From assembly GCA_963713855.1 (NCBI GenBank), contig OY970209.1, positions 32,001-96,000 on the forward strand: 64,000 nt of DNA. The letters run 5' to 3'. Below, one piece after another: positions 11,913 to 22,295 of this stretch. The translations under genes were made by a program, and so were the position numbers. The stretch's first letter is position 1. Each line of letters starts with the position of its first letter. The notes under the pieces were generated by a model that had not been told where the DNA came from, did not search any database, and saw only the letters and a list, made by a program, of their open reading frames with translations. This stretch comes from an uncultured bacterium. GTDB taxonomy: Bacteria; Babelota; Babeliae; Babelales; Babelaceae.

Positions 11913-13301
11913 TCACTCCGTTATTTCATAGACAAGGTTTTCAAGCTCCATTGCTCGAGAACCTTTGACTAAAATAACGCATTCACGCTCTAATTTATCC
12001 TTCAAACAAGATAGCGCTTGTTTCCAGTTAGGTACTACTTGACAGGTTACATATGAAGGCATCGTTTTTTGAGCCCATTTTACATTTTCACCGACGAGCA
12101 CTACGTGCTGCAGCGAAGGAACCTTACGTAAAAAGCGTCCCAGTTGACGGTGCCAAAACGGCGCATTAACACCAAGTTCAAGCATGTCGCCCAAAACAGC
12201 AATTTTTTGACCCTTTTCCTCGATTTTTTCAAAAGCGAGTAAAGCGGCTTTCATACTTTCAGGACTTGCGTTATAAGAATCGTCAATCAAAACGCCTTTA
12301 CGTGCTTTAATTGGACGTCGCTCAAACCTACGTGCTACAGTGTCTATTGTTTTTAGCCCTTCCACAATTGACGAAGGTGAAACACCAACTACATAAGCGG
12401 CTGAGCATGCGGCAAGACCGTTAAGGATAGGTCCCATATGATTTGTTGGCATTGAAACTCTAAAACGCTCTCTGTAAAGCTTGAGTATAAAATGGGTTTG
12501 GGCACCCTGAACCTGAATCTTGCGTGCTTGGATTTGGTTGGTCATTTTACAGCCAAATTTGATAATAGGATGCGTGTAGGAGATCATCGTTAAAAGTGGC
12601 TGATCTCCGTTAACGATACCAATGCTGTCTTCCTTAAAGAATTTAAATATATCGCGCTTTTCACTTGCTATATCGTTAATAGATCCCAAGCCCTCCATGT
12701 GACTGTGGCCTATTGCTGTAATAATAGCAGTTGTAGGTCTTACAAGTTGAGCAAGTTCAGCCATTTCGCCCCTCTTACTAATACCCATTTCAAAGATTGC
12801 AATAGTGTGTTGATCGTTCATTTTAAGAATGTTGAGCGATACTCCAAGCAATGTATTTTGATTTCCGGAGGAAGCTAAACAATTTTTGCCACTTTTACGA
12901 AGAATGTGAGCAAGCATTTCTTTGGTTGTCGTTTTGCCAACAGATCCGGTAATCCCAATAACAGGATAGGTAAATTTTGCGCGCCACGCCGTCGCTAAAG
13001 TTACGATATCTTTAGCTACATTAGGTAAGCAAACAATCGTTAATGTATCTTTCGTTTTTGCTTGAATTTTACGTAAGCAGTCCTTTTGATCAAGTGATAT
13101 AATAAGGCCAACTGCACCCTTGCTAATCGCTTCTTCAATAAAATCGTGCCCATCTACACGACCGCCTTTAAGCGCCACAAAAAGCTCCCCCGGACGTAAA
13201 TCGCGCGAATCTACAACCAAAGAAGCATCGGGTGGAAAATCCACACCGTAAAATAATGCTTCGGGAACAATAGTCTTTATAAATTCTCTATTAAAGTGCA
13301 T
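11913..13301 (-). CDS. murF: UDP-MurNAc-tripeptide--D-Ala-D-Ala ligase
   Basis: DSR..GELFVALKG..DGHDF, GITGSVGKTTTKE, DDSYNASPESM, LGDMLELG, LVKGSR. Confidence 0.95.
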   Translation of the reverse strand: MHFNREFIKTIVPEALFYGVDFPPDASLVVDSRDLRPGELFVALKGGRVDGHDFIEEAISKGAVGLIISLDQKDCLRKIQAKTKDTLTIVCLPNVAKDIVTLATAWRAKFTYPVIGITGSVGKTTTKEMLAHILRKSGKNCLASSGNQNTLLGVSLNILKMNDQHTIAIFEMGISKRGEMAELAQLVRPTTAIITAIGHSHMEGLGSINDIASEKRDIFKFFKEDSIGIVNGDQPLLTMISYTHPIIKFGCKMTNQIQARKIQVQGAQTHFILKLYRERFRVSMPTNHMGPILNGLAACSAAYVVGVSPSSIVEGLKTIDTVARRFERRPIKARKGVLIDDSYNASPESMKAALLAFEKIEEKGQKIAVLGDMLELGVNAPFWHRQLGRFLRKVPSLQHVVLVGENVKWAQKTMPSYVTCQVVPNWKQALSCLKDKLERECVILVKGSRAMELENLVYEITE

Positions 13302-13466
13302 GGATGTTCTCCACTGAAGTTTTACATGCTCACACTAGTACGACGTACAACAATGATCTCATTTTGAACATTTGTCAAGAAACAACTTAAAAAGGTCTAA
13401 ATTACTCAACAATTGCTCTTAAGTTTCTTTTTTAGAATGTTGGTTAATGCTCGCTAATCCAGACCT

Positions 13467-14099
13467 TTATTCGTTTTTTTGCATAGTTACCTCATAGAGT
13501 AATTCTTCAATCGTTTTTTGCTGATGGAGTGATACTCGCTTCTTTTTTTTAGGGCTTATGGTTCCTTTTAATTTATAAAAATGTTCTATAGCTTCACGTG
13601 CTTTTGTGTGCAGACGAACATACCTAAATGGAAAAATCAGTGAGAGAGAAATCATCCATAAGAATGAAATAACGATATGCTCGACAGTCGGATCGCCTAG
13701 AAAATGTATAAGCTGCTTTATCCATTGACCAAAAACACCCCCCGGCGCTATGCAAGGTACGTAATCGCAATTACTAAACGCGGCATACGTTAAAACCGTA
13801 AAAAGAATAACGAAATACTGCACGCACAGAGAAAAAAGGGCGCGAGACGAGTATCCTTTATATGCATAAAAGCCCATAGTGAGCCACATACAAAGAAAGA
13901 TCCAAGCAGCAGCACCTCCCATATAATATACTAAAAAACTCGAAGACCATGCACCGCATGCCCCAAGTTTGTTACAGTATACCCCTTGAAAAAGCGTATC
14001 TTCGTACGCCCATCCCTTATCTTTGGGGACAAAAAAAGCGAGCGATGCTATGAGATACACTATCACGCTTGAAAAAAATCCTAAAAAAATCTGCCTCAT
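13467..14099 (-). CDS. Membrane protein resembling the FtsK N-terminal 4TM domain, without a motor domain
   Basis: Four or more hydrophobic helices; NKLGACGAWSSSFL and PGGVFG resemble FtsK_4TM motifs. Confidence 0.55.
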   Translation of the reverse strand: MRQIFLGFFSSVIVYLIASLAFFVPKDKGWAYEDTLFQGVYCNKLGACGAWSSSFLVYYMGGAAAWIFLCMWLTMGFYAYKGYSSRALFSLCVQYFVILFTVLTYAAFSNCDYVPCIAPGGVFGQWIKQLIHFLGDPTVEHIVISFLWMISLSLIFPFRYVRLHTKAREAIEHFYKLKGTISPKKKKRVSLHQQKTIEELLYEVTMQKNE

Positions 14100-14909
14100 G
14101 AGTTCATTCCCTAATCGCGTTGCCTGAAAATACTACAAGCTTTACAAAAAGTGCAAGATAGACTGCTTAATACAAGCTTAAAAACGTGGGTAAAAAAAGC
14201 GCGAGGAGTGCAAATAACGAAAGATCCAGAAATCCTCGCACCATAAAAAAGCACTTATTATAAGCACTTATACTCCAAAAACTACGAGCTCCGACGATAA
14301 CTACGATGCCCATTTAATGACATGCAATAAACCATGGTTGAAAAATATCCGCATATTATACATAAAACTAATTTTAATAAAACGACTTGCCGCGGATTGC
14401 ATTTTTAAAAAGAAAACGTGGCCATTTGAGCCGGAAAATAAGCACAATTATAGAGTAAGTCAATGTAAAAGGTGCTTATAGACCTTCGGCAAAGTTAAAA
14501 GTGACTTATTAAAGAAGTGCGATACCTTTTCTAATAGCCGCAGGTGACCTGAGCTACTCGCTGGTAATGATACTGTAACGATTTGAACAAAGGTAAAAAG
14601 AAAAAAATCAAACGTAGACATCAGCCGTATCCTTATGTATCTTGAGCAAAAGCTTGATCTCGTAAGAGAATAATTATATATAAATACATGAATGATCTTG
14701 AGAATATTCTAAGATTAACTGTTGCAATCTCAAAATCTTTTGACTAAATTAAAGACCGACGCAAATTATGTTCAATAAGCAAAGGGTTAGCTTATAAAGA
14801 GGAAGGGGGTATAAAAGATTAAGGTACAGCAAACGAAAATTAACTTTAGCATATCGGTTGTTCTCGATTCAGGAGTAATCGAGTTAAGTCATACATAGGG
14901 AGTAATTTA

Positions 14910-16820
14910 ATGAAACAATTGATCAAACAGTCCTTATCCTTGTTACTGTTGCTCTCCGCTTCAGTAGCTTTGGGTAATACTGACAGTAGTTTTGATGAAG
15001 ATGAAGGCAGCGATGAGTCTTCAGAAACGGCAAGTTCGGGTACCTCAACCGGCACCGACACCGAAGATAATGAGGGTGGCCGCCATCATAATAAATGCAG
15101 AAATGGTCATCACGGCTGCCGCACAAGCCTTTTCCTTCCACGTCCTCAATTTCTAAACTCTGCTCGCTTCTTTAATCCATTCTGGTATGGACGCGATGCT
15201 GAGTACCCATGCTTCAACATCGATTTAGGCTTTAGGTTTAGGCAATCCAGACACGAAGAGCGCATCGCTGAGTGTCTTTTTGGCAGAAATCGTATAGTCT
15301 TTACGGGAAGCGCAGTTCCAAACCAGAAGCGTGATAGCTTCGAGTTTGAAGGCGATCAACTTGGCTTATCACCATCCTACCGTGGTAGCGTACTCTTCCG
15401 TCCAAAAATTCGTGACTACATGTTCGATTTCGACTTACGTTGGGATGTGGGTAGCATGTTCGACTGGTGTGAAGGCGCTTACTTCGGCTTGAGAGGTACC
15501 GCTGTTCAATCACGTTGGCGTCTTAACCCTTGCATTGAGACAACAGAATCAAGCTCAATCGTTACCTTCAGTGACTTTAACAATTGTGTAATGTCCAAAG
15601 ACAAAGCACATGCGACAACAAGCATTGAAACAGCGTTGAGTGGTGACTTCTTGTTTGGAAACATGCAAGAACGCTGGGAATGGGGCCGCTTCAATTTCCG
15701 TGATCGTGATAAACAACGCGATACCAAGCTTGCAAACATAGACATCATACTTGGTTATGATTTCTTACTTTGTGAAGACTACCACTTTGGTGCATTCTTC
15801 AGAGCTTCTGCTCCAACAGGTACCAAGCCAGATGCACGTGAAGTATTCCAAAATATAATTGGTAACGGACACCACTGGGAAGTTGGTGGCGGTATCGATG
15901 CTCACTATGACGTCTGGGATTGCGATGACCAAACACTTGGAGTTTACCTTAATGGTGTGATATCTCACTTATTTAAGGATACACAGTGGCGTTCATTCGA
16001 CATTAAACGCCCTCAGCATGGTCGTGGCATCTCTTGCTTAAGCCGTTACACACTCCTTAAAGAGTTTGACGCTGCTAATAGATTCACCGGTAACCTCATA
16101 AACGCTATCAACTTTGCAACTCGCAAAGTACGTTCATCGTTTAGCGTTCAAGGTGATGCGGCATTACGTCTTCTCTATAAGAGCTGTGGATGGGCTCTTG
16201 GCGTAGGTTATAACGTATACGGACGTACCAATGAAAAATTGGCAGACGTATGCAGAAATAACGACTGCTTCAATAGAAACAGAGGACGCTTCTTTGCTAT
16301 TAAGGGAGATCAACCTTACTGCTCATCGTCTTCTAGTAGTTCAACAGATACGTGTACCTTGGATAACACAACAGCAAGCAATTTCCGTCCTATAAACGGT
16401 CAAGGAACAGCTGCTGATGCGCAAACAAGACTTATACACTGTAGAGACTTGAACTTCGACGGAGCAAATGCTGAAAGGGCACGTAGAGATAATGATGACA
16501 CAACTTCAACATCGTCATCATCATCACAAACAAGCTCTAACACATCAAGCTCCAATACAAGCTCGGCAACTGGAACATCCACCGGCACAACTGAAACACG
16601 TGATGACAGAGATCACGCTGTTGAAGTTCACAGACGTGGCATTCCTAGCCAGCTTACTCACAAGATCTTTGCTACAATCGACTACGAAATGCAAGATTGC
16701 GGTGAGTGCCGACCATACATCGGTGTTGGCGGAGGCTATGAGTTTTCTCAAAAAGGTGACTGCCGTGTATGCACCCCAAGCTTCTGGGAAGTATGGGTAC
16801 GCACAGGCGTTAACTACTAA
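14910..16820 (+). CDS. Cys-rich putative outer-membrane beta-barrel family protein (paralog 2)
   Basis: GGGAG RBS; signal peptide; TKLANIDIILGYDF, APTG, GNGHHWEVGGG; Ser/Thr-rich inserts; ends WVRTGVNY. Confidence 0.75.
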   Translation: MKQLIKQSLSLLLLLSASVALGNTDSSFDEDEGSDESSETASSGTSTGTDTEDNEGGRHHNKCRNGHHGCRTSLFLPRPQFLNSARFFNPFWYGRDAEYPCFNIDLGFRFRQSRHEERIAECLFGRNRIVFTGSAVPNQKRDSFEFEGDQLGLSPSYRGSVLFRPKIRDYMFDFDLRWDVGSMFDWCEGAYFGLRGTAVQSRWRLNPCIETTESSSIVTFSDFNNCVMSKDKAHATTSIETALSGDFLFGNMQERWEWGRFNFRDRDKQRDTKLANIDIILGYDFLLCEDYHFGAFFRASAPTGTKPDAREVFQNIIGNGHHWEVGGGIDAHYDVWDCDDQTLGVYLNGVISHLFKDTQWRSFDIKRPQHGRGISCLSRYTLLKEFDAANRFTGNLINAINFATRKVRSSFSVQGDAALRLLYKSCGWALGVGYNVYGRTNEKLADVCRNNDCFNRNRGRFFAIKGDQPYCSSSSSSSTDTCTLDNTTASNFRPINGQGTAADAQTRLIHCRDLNFDGANAERARRDNDDTTSTSSSSSQTSSNTSSSNTSSATGTSTGTTETRDDRDHAVEVHRRGIPSQLTHKIFATIDYEMQDCGECRPYIGVGGGYEFSQKGDCRVCTPSFWEVWVRTGVNY

Positions 16821-16838
16821 AGTCTGCTAAAGACTTAT

Positions 16839-16884
16839 AAAAAAAGAAGCTGCTTGTACTTCCCACAAGCAGCTTCTTTTTTTT
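16839..16884 (+). terminator. Intrinsic terminator
   Basis: AAAAAAAGAAGCTGCTTGT / ACAAGCAGCTTCTTTTTTT inverted repeat with T-tract. Confidence 0.85.
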
Positions 16885-16970
16885 GTCATCATCTTGCTCG
16901 TCTTTTTCTGAAAGTTTTGAGACAATACTATCGTACAGTTTAAGCCTCGCTATAAAAAAGGAGCATCGAC

Positions 16971-18812
16971 ATGAATTGGCGTCTTTCAAAAAGCGTCTTA
17001 GCGCTGTCCTGTTTGACTAGTGTCCTCTTACAGCATCATCGCGCAGAGTCCGCATCCAAACAGCATTGCGCAAGCACACCAAGTAAAAGCCATTCATTTA
17101 TGTGCAGCGGTAGCGATTGCGAAGAAAGTATGTTTGACAACAACCAGGAAGTCCCCTGCAGGAATGCGTGTGAAAAAGCAGTAGGCAGTCTCTTCTTGCC
17201 GCGACCACAGGGACTTAACTCTGCAGTTTTTTTCGATCCCTTCTTATACGGTTGTCAAGAAGACTTACCTTGCTGGGCAGTGAACATAGGATATCGGTAT
17301 AGCCAAACATTTAGGAACGAACAGATTGCCTGTTGCCTTTTTGGCTCCGACCGCCTTAAGTTTGCGGGTAGCCAGACAACATCTAGGTCGAATGCGCTAA
17401 AGCTTTTAGCTGACAACTTTGGTCTGGCTCCAGATTTTAAAGGGCATGTACGCTTTAAGCCATCCATTAGAAACAACATCGTAGACTTTAGCTTTCGGCA
17501 TGAACTGAGAGATATAGCAGAGTGCTTATACGGGGCTTACGTTACTGTTAATGCATCCTTGGTCAATAGCGTTTGGAAATTGGGCGCTTGTGAAGCTGTC
17601 GAAACTACGACACCGCTCACTTTTTCATCGTTTCCTCCCTGTTACATGTCAACCATCAACACGAAGAATTCAATTGAAGCCGCCGGGGACCTCAATACCG
17701 CATTAAGTGGTGATTTTCTCTTTGGGGACATGCAATCGCAGTGGCGCTTTGGGCGGTTTGACCTTAATCACAATAGGCGAGACACTAAACTAGCAAATAT
17801 AGATTTCATTTTAGGCTACGACTTTTTAAGGTGCCCCTCATACCATTTTGGCGGCTTTTTAAAACTTGTGGCGCCAACAGGAACAAAACCTCGCGCCCAT
17901 AGAATTTTTGAAGCCATTGCCGGCAATGGTCACCACTGGGAATTGGGTGGCGGTATAGATGCTCACTATGAACTATGGGGTTGTGATGATCATTGCTTTA
18001 CTGCACACCTAAACGGTGGTCTTACTCACCTTTTTAAAAATACGCAATGGCGCACCTTCGACTTTAAAAGAAGCTCCAAGTTTCCTGGTACGTTAAGTAG
18101 ATATATACTTCTTGAAGAATTTACCGATACGCAAAACTATGCAAATAGGCTCATTAACGCTGTAAATTTCACCACCCAACGCATTAAATCCTCTTTTAAT
18201 ATTCAAGGGGATGCTGCCTTAAGAATCGTATATCGTTATTGCGGATTGGCTATAGGAGTCGGTTATAACGTATACGGACGCAGCAAAGAAAAGCTTAGCG
18301 AGCTTTCATTCAAATGCAATGAATTTAATAGGCGCCACTTTGGCATCAAAGGAGTTAATGGTGTTTGCGCTCTTGAATTCAAAGAAGGTGAAGGATTAAC
18401 GGACAATACAGTACCGCTTACGGCAACATCCAGCAAAGTCCGAGCGTTTCAAAACGCTAACTTGGTAAATCTCGTAGATAATCCAGTAAAACTCGAAGAA
18501 CCAATTTTCTTAAGCTGGCAAAGCCCAACTGATGCGGATACCCCTGCGGAGAACCTTATCATTGCTACGGATTCACAAGTGGATGGCCAGCCGGCTCCTG
18601 TATTTGTTACCAAAGAAGATATACGCTTTAGAGGCATTCCAGGCCAGCTTACACATAAAGTCTTTGCACATGTAGACTACGCTTGGGAATGTGAACTGGT
18701 AGCTCCTTATTTTGGTGTGGGCGGAGGCGTAGAATTTCCACATAACGGCGAATGCGCTTCATGTACAGCACATCAATGGGAAATATGGCTGCGTGGGGGC
18801 ATTTACTTCTAA
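16971..18812 (+). CDS. Cys-rich putative outer-membrane beta-barrel family protein (paralog 3, tandem duplicate of 14910-16820)
   Basis: Shares SLFLPRPQ.LNSA, ALSGDFLFG.MQ, DTKLANID, GNGHHWE.GGGIDAHY, QLTHK; ends WLRGGIYF. Confidence 0.75.
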   Translation: MNWRLSKSVLALSCLTSVLLQHHRAESASKQHCASTPSKSHSFMCSGSDCEESMFDNNQEVPCRNACEKAVGSLFLPRPQGLNSAVFFDPFLYGCQEDLPCWAVNIGYRYSQTFRNEQIACCLFGSDRLKFAGSQTTSRSNALKLLADNFGLAPDFKGHVRFKPSIRNNIVDFSFRHELRDIAECLYGAYVTVNASLVNSVWKLGACEAVETTTPLTFSSFPPCYMSTINTKNSIEAAGDLNTALSGDFLFGDMQSQWRFGRFDLNHNRRDTKLANIDFILGYDFLRCPSYHFGGFLKLVAPTGTKPRAHRIFEAIAGNGHHWELGGGIDAHYELWGCDDHCFTAHLNGGLTHLFKNTQWRTFDFKRSSKFPGTLSRYILLEEFTDTQNYANRLINAVNFTTQRIKSSFNIQGDAALRIVYRYCGLAIGVGYNVYGRSKEKLSELSFKCNEFNRRHFGIKGVNGVCALEFKEGEGLTDNTVPLTATSSKVRAFQNANLVNLVDNPVKLEEPIFLSWQSPTDADTPAENLIIATDSQVDGQPAPVFVTKEDIRFRGIPGQLTHKVFAHVDYAWECELVAPYFGVGGGVEFPHNGECASCTAHQWEIWLRGGIYF

Positions 18813-18831
18813 GACGTCGCTAAAAAACCAG

Positions 18832-18852
18832 GGAGGAGCTTATAGCTCCTCC
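18832..18852. terminator. Hairpin between convergent genes
   Basis: GGAGGAGC-ttata-GCTCCTCC. Confidence 0.5.
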
Positions 18853-19352
18853 TCTTGATAGATATTCTCAAACCCCTTGACCTTGCGAAGCCTTTCTAGA
18901 AGTTCTTTTACGCGTCGATCATATTCATCGCGGCGGGCCTGCATGCGTCGATTATTTTCGTTCCTAAACTCTTCTTGAAGTTCTTTCATCGCTCGCTCAC
19001 TTTCTTTCTTGGCCTCTTCTAGCTCTTTCATGCGTCGATCATATTCTTTAAAAGCACTGAAAGGCTCTTTATAAGGCTTTCCAGGCTTAAATTGCCCCTC
19101 AGTAGTGTCCCCCTCCCTATCAGTCAGCACAGCTTCAAATATGGCTTGGCCTTGGACAAATTCAGCATGTGCTTTTTTCGCGTCAACATCGCGTCTTTTG
19201 TCAGGGTGGCATGCTAAAACAAACCGCTTATATTCCTTATCAATCGTTTTAACAGAATCCGTTATAGATATCTTCGGATTCGCACAGTCCATCTGCAACG
19301 CATTCATCACGCTGGAAATCGCTAGAAACAAAAAAAACATAAGAGAATACAT
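18840..19352 (-). CDS. Signal-peptide J-domain protein with a coiled-coil tail
   Basis: Hydrophobic N-terminus; IDKEYKRFVLACHPDK (HPD motif); duplicated EYDRR(M/V)KEL. Confidence 0.75.
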   Translation of the reverse strand: MYSLMFFLFLAISSVMNALQMDCANPKISITDSVKTIDKEYKRFVLACHPDKRRDVDAKKAHAEFVQGQAIFEAVLTDREGDTTEGQFKPGKPYKEPFSAFKEYDRRMKELEEAKKESERAMKELQEEFRNENNRRMQARRDEYDRRVKELLERLRKVKGFENIYQEEEL

Positions 19353-19566
19353 ACTAAAAACTCCAAATTCCAGTTAATCATATTAATCTAACAAGCACAA
19401 ACAAAAATTGTCAATTATTTATTTCTAAATACTCAGAGATTAGAGATCATTCAGTTCTTTGATAAATAATGTCTATAAGTGCAACTTTGGAATGGATGGA
19501 GAGAGAACAGAAATGCTTTTAAGCAAAACTATGGTCGCGCTCCCTTTAAACGTTCTTACGAGAGTT

Positions 19567-19821
19567 TTAATTCACTATTCGCTTTTTATTAACAAGGTAC
19601 TCTATTACCTGATCTACCGTGTGGAGCTTTTCAGCATCTTCATCGCTCATTTCTACGCCGTACTGCTCTTCGAGCTTCATAACGAGTTCAACACGGTCTA
19701 GCGAATCGAGTCCTAAATCTTCAAATGTGCTTTTCGTATTAATAGCGCTGACAGGCTTATTAAGCTGCTCAGCCAGGACCGCTATAACTTCTTTGGCGAT
19801 GGTGTCGCGATTAGTTTCCAT
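19567..19821 (-). CDS. acpP: Acyl carrier protein
   Basis: DLGLDSLDRVELVM phosphopantetheine site. Confidence 0.97.
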   Translation of the reverse strand: METNRDTIAKEVIAVLAEQLNKPVSAINTKSTFEDLGLDSLDRVELVMKLEEQYGVEMSDEDAEKLHTVDQVIEYLVNKKRIVN

Positions 19822-21224
19822 TACAACTCCTTAACGATAATTCGCAACCGCTTTAATACTTCATCTTTACCTAAAAGAGCCATGAGGCTATAGACGCTTG
19901 GGCTTTGTGTGCTACCAGTCAACAGAATACGTAAGGGCTGAGCAATTTCGGCAATTTTGAGATTATATCGCTCGCTTATTTTCTTAATAGCTTCTTGAGC
20001 AGCATCTATCGTTAAAGTATCAAGCGTTTCCAGTTTCTTGTAAAGCATTGTAAGGTACTCGAGAGCTTTAGGAGAAATATCATCAAGAAGCTGCGCACTA
20101 ACATTCGGTTTAGAAGAAAGAGCGATAACATACGCCGCGAGCTCACTCAATGTTTTACAGCGCTCTTGGTAAAGGGCTAAAGCATCCAGAACCTGTTCTC
20201 GGCCAAATTTGGAAACTCGTTTTAAAAAATCACCATCAACATCACGCACAATAAGCTCCAAAAGAGCTCTAGGCGTTCTTTGTTTGATGTAAAAAGCGTT
20301 TAACCATTCAAGCTTTTGAATGTCAAAGATGGCGCCTTTTTTACCAACACCGTCAAGCGTAAAGAGCTTAATTAACTCATCGGATGCAAAAACCTCTTGA
20401 TCACCATGTGACCACCCAAGACGAACTAAATAATTACGTAAAGCATCAGCAAGAAAACCAAGCCTACGATATTCTGAAACTCCGGTTACTGCATCCCTTT
20501 TACTTAACCGGTTCCCCGAAGGGCCTAGAATAAGCGAAAGATGCGCAAAGACCGGCACTTGAAATCCGCACGCCCTGTAAAGCATAAGCTGCTTAGGTGT
20601 GTTTGGAATGTGATCTTCACCTCGTATAACGTGAGTAATCCCCATATCAGCATCATCGACCACCACCACAAAATTATACATGGGCGTTCCATCCGAACGG
20701 GCAATAATAAAATCGTCAAACTGCTCTCTTTTGAAAGTAACGGCACCGCGAATAGCATCTTCAAATGTAATTTCTTGTAACTCATCAGGAATTTTAAAAC
20801 GTATGACATAGGGCTCGGATGCAATAGTGGGTTTTAAGCTACGGCACATGTTGTCGTACTGTACATAGCCCTCACCCTGAGCTGCATTTACGCCAAGGCG
20901 TTTTTCAAGCTCCTCAGCTGTGCAATAACACTTATACGCTTTGCCATTGTCAACAAGCTTTTGGGCAACCTCCTTGTGCCGCTCAATCTGTAAAGACTGA
21001 ATCACAAGAGGCTCGTCACTTTCTATGCCCATCCAACCTAGGGTATCAATGATAGCCTGAGTATATTCTGGCAAGGAACGTTCTAAATCGGTATCTTCTA
21101 TGCGTACAAGAAAGGTACCACCATTGTGGCGTGCAAAAAGCCAATTAAAAAGGGCCGTACGCAAATTTCCGATGTGCATATGCCCCGTAGGCGACGGTGC
21201 AAATCGGACACGAATAGGTACCAT
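19821..21224 (-). CDS. gltX: Glutamate--tRNA ligase
   Basis: RVRFAPSPTG.MHIGN, RIEDTD, HVIRGEDH, RLSKR. Confidence 0.97.
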   Translation of the reverse strand: MVPIRVRFAPSPTGHMHIGNLRTALFNWLFARHNGGTFLVRIEDTDLERSLPEYTQAIIDTLGWMGIESDEPLVIQSLQIERHKEVAQKLVDNGKAYKCYCTAEELEKRLGVNAAQGEGYVQYDNMCRSLKPTIASEPYVIRFKIPDELQEITFEDAIRGAVTFKREQFDDFIIARSDGTPMYNFVVVVDDADMGITHVIRGEDHIPNTPKQLMLYRACGFQVPVFAHLSLILGPSGNRLSKRDAVTGVSEYRRLGFLADALRNYLVRLGWSHGDQEVFASDELIKLFTLDGVGKKGAIFDIQKLEWLNAFYIKQRTPRALLELIVRDVDGDFLKRVSKFGREQVLDALALYQERCKTLSELAAYVIALSSKPNVSAQLLDDISPKALEYLTMLYKKLETLDTLTIDAAQEAIKKISERYNLKIAEIAQPLRILLTGSTQSPSVYSLMALLGKDEVLKRLRIIVKEL

Positions 21225-21233
21225 AAGCTTTCC

Positions 21234-21917
21234 TTATGCTGCTTGTGCACGCTTTAAAAGAGCTGCCATTTGCTGTTGAGCAGCCTCTACCCATGGTGAT
21301 TTTTTTTGAGCAAATCGAGCAATAAGGTGCGACCAAATCTGCTGCGCTTTTTCATCGTCCCCCGATTTTAACGCTGTGTACCCAGCGTAGTAAAGTGCTT
21401 GATCACGTATCGGATTTTGCTGATCGTTACTAAGACCGTCTAAAGCTCGTTGGCCAGCAATCTGTGCTTGTGGGTCTTGAGAGTCGCGCTGCATGAGAGC
21501 ATACTCAATAGCATATAAGTAGTAAGCCGGCGAAGGCTTTTTTATACCTTCAAGCACGTGCTCTGCGGTCTTGCGGGCAGCATCAAAATCTTGTCCAAGT
21601 AAAAGGGCTTGACCCTTGTAAGAAAGAAAATATGGCGCCCAAGACGTGTTTTTGTAAAGTTCATATCCTTTTTCAAACATGTCAGCAACTTCTCTCCAAT
21701 TCCGTTCCGAAACGCCCAGCTGCTTCGTTTTTTCAAATTCCTTATGTGCTTGAGAAAAAGCCTTTTGGGCCTGCCCCGCTTTGCGGATAGTCATGGAGTG
21801 ATACATTGCCCAGCCTGTTATACTAAGAAGTGTTAGTAGCACAAGCAGCAAAAGGAAATGCAGCTGTTTTTTTTCTTTAAGCATAAAGAAAAAGTCTTGT
21901 ATTACATACGAATCCAT
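21234..21917 (-). CDS. Membrane-anchored TPR protein (YfgM-like)
   Basis: One N-terminal TM helix followed by TPR-like helical repeats. Confidence 0.6.
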   Translation of the reverse strand: MDSYVIQDFFFMLKEKKQLHFLLLLVLLTLLSITGWAMYHSMTIRKAGQAQKAFSQAHKEFEKTKQLGVSERNWREVADMFEKGYELYKNTSWAPYFLSYKGQALLLGQDFDAARKTAEHVLEGIKKPSPAYYLYAIEYALMQRDSQDPQAQIAGQRALDGLSNDQQNPIRDQALYYAGYTALKSGDDEKAQQIWSHLIARFAQKKSPWVEAAQQQMAALLKRAQAA

Positions 21918-21941
21918 ACGAGCCCTCCTTGCAAAAATGTA

Positions 21942-22211
21942 TTATGCTTGCTCGTTTGCAGGTGATTCAGCGGATGTAGTACCAGTCGATTGAGCTTTAT
22001 TTTGACGGGCTTGACCTCTTTTTGCCGCACGATCAAGCTTTGTAGTCAATATTTTCTTACCTTTATAATAACCACATATTTCGCACACAATATGGGGTAA
22101 CAAAGGAGACTTGCATTGAGAACAAGCTGCAAATTTCTGTGGCCTTAAAAACTTACACGCTGAACGTTGGTCTCTACGAGATTTACTCGTTTTACGTTTA
22201 GGTACTGGCAT
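21942..22211 (-). CDS. rpmF: 50S ribosomal protein L32
   Basis: MPVPKRKTSKSRRDQR, CxxC..PH.VC..CGYYKG. Confidence 0.97.
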   Translation of the reverse strand: MPVPKRKTSKSRRDQRSACKFLRPQKFAACSQCKSPLLPHIVCEICGYYKGKKILTTKLDRAAKRGQARQNKAQSTGTTSAESPANEQA

Positions 22212-22295
22212 AATAAACTCCGCTTATAGTCTTAAAAATCAGCTTTATCTTTTTAAGTGTATAAGAAAATACAAAATCTAGCAAAAATGAACTTT

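Noticed and set aside
14100..14909. Long intergenic region as oriC
   Set aside because: No cluster of TTATCCACA-type DnaA boxes was seen
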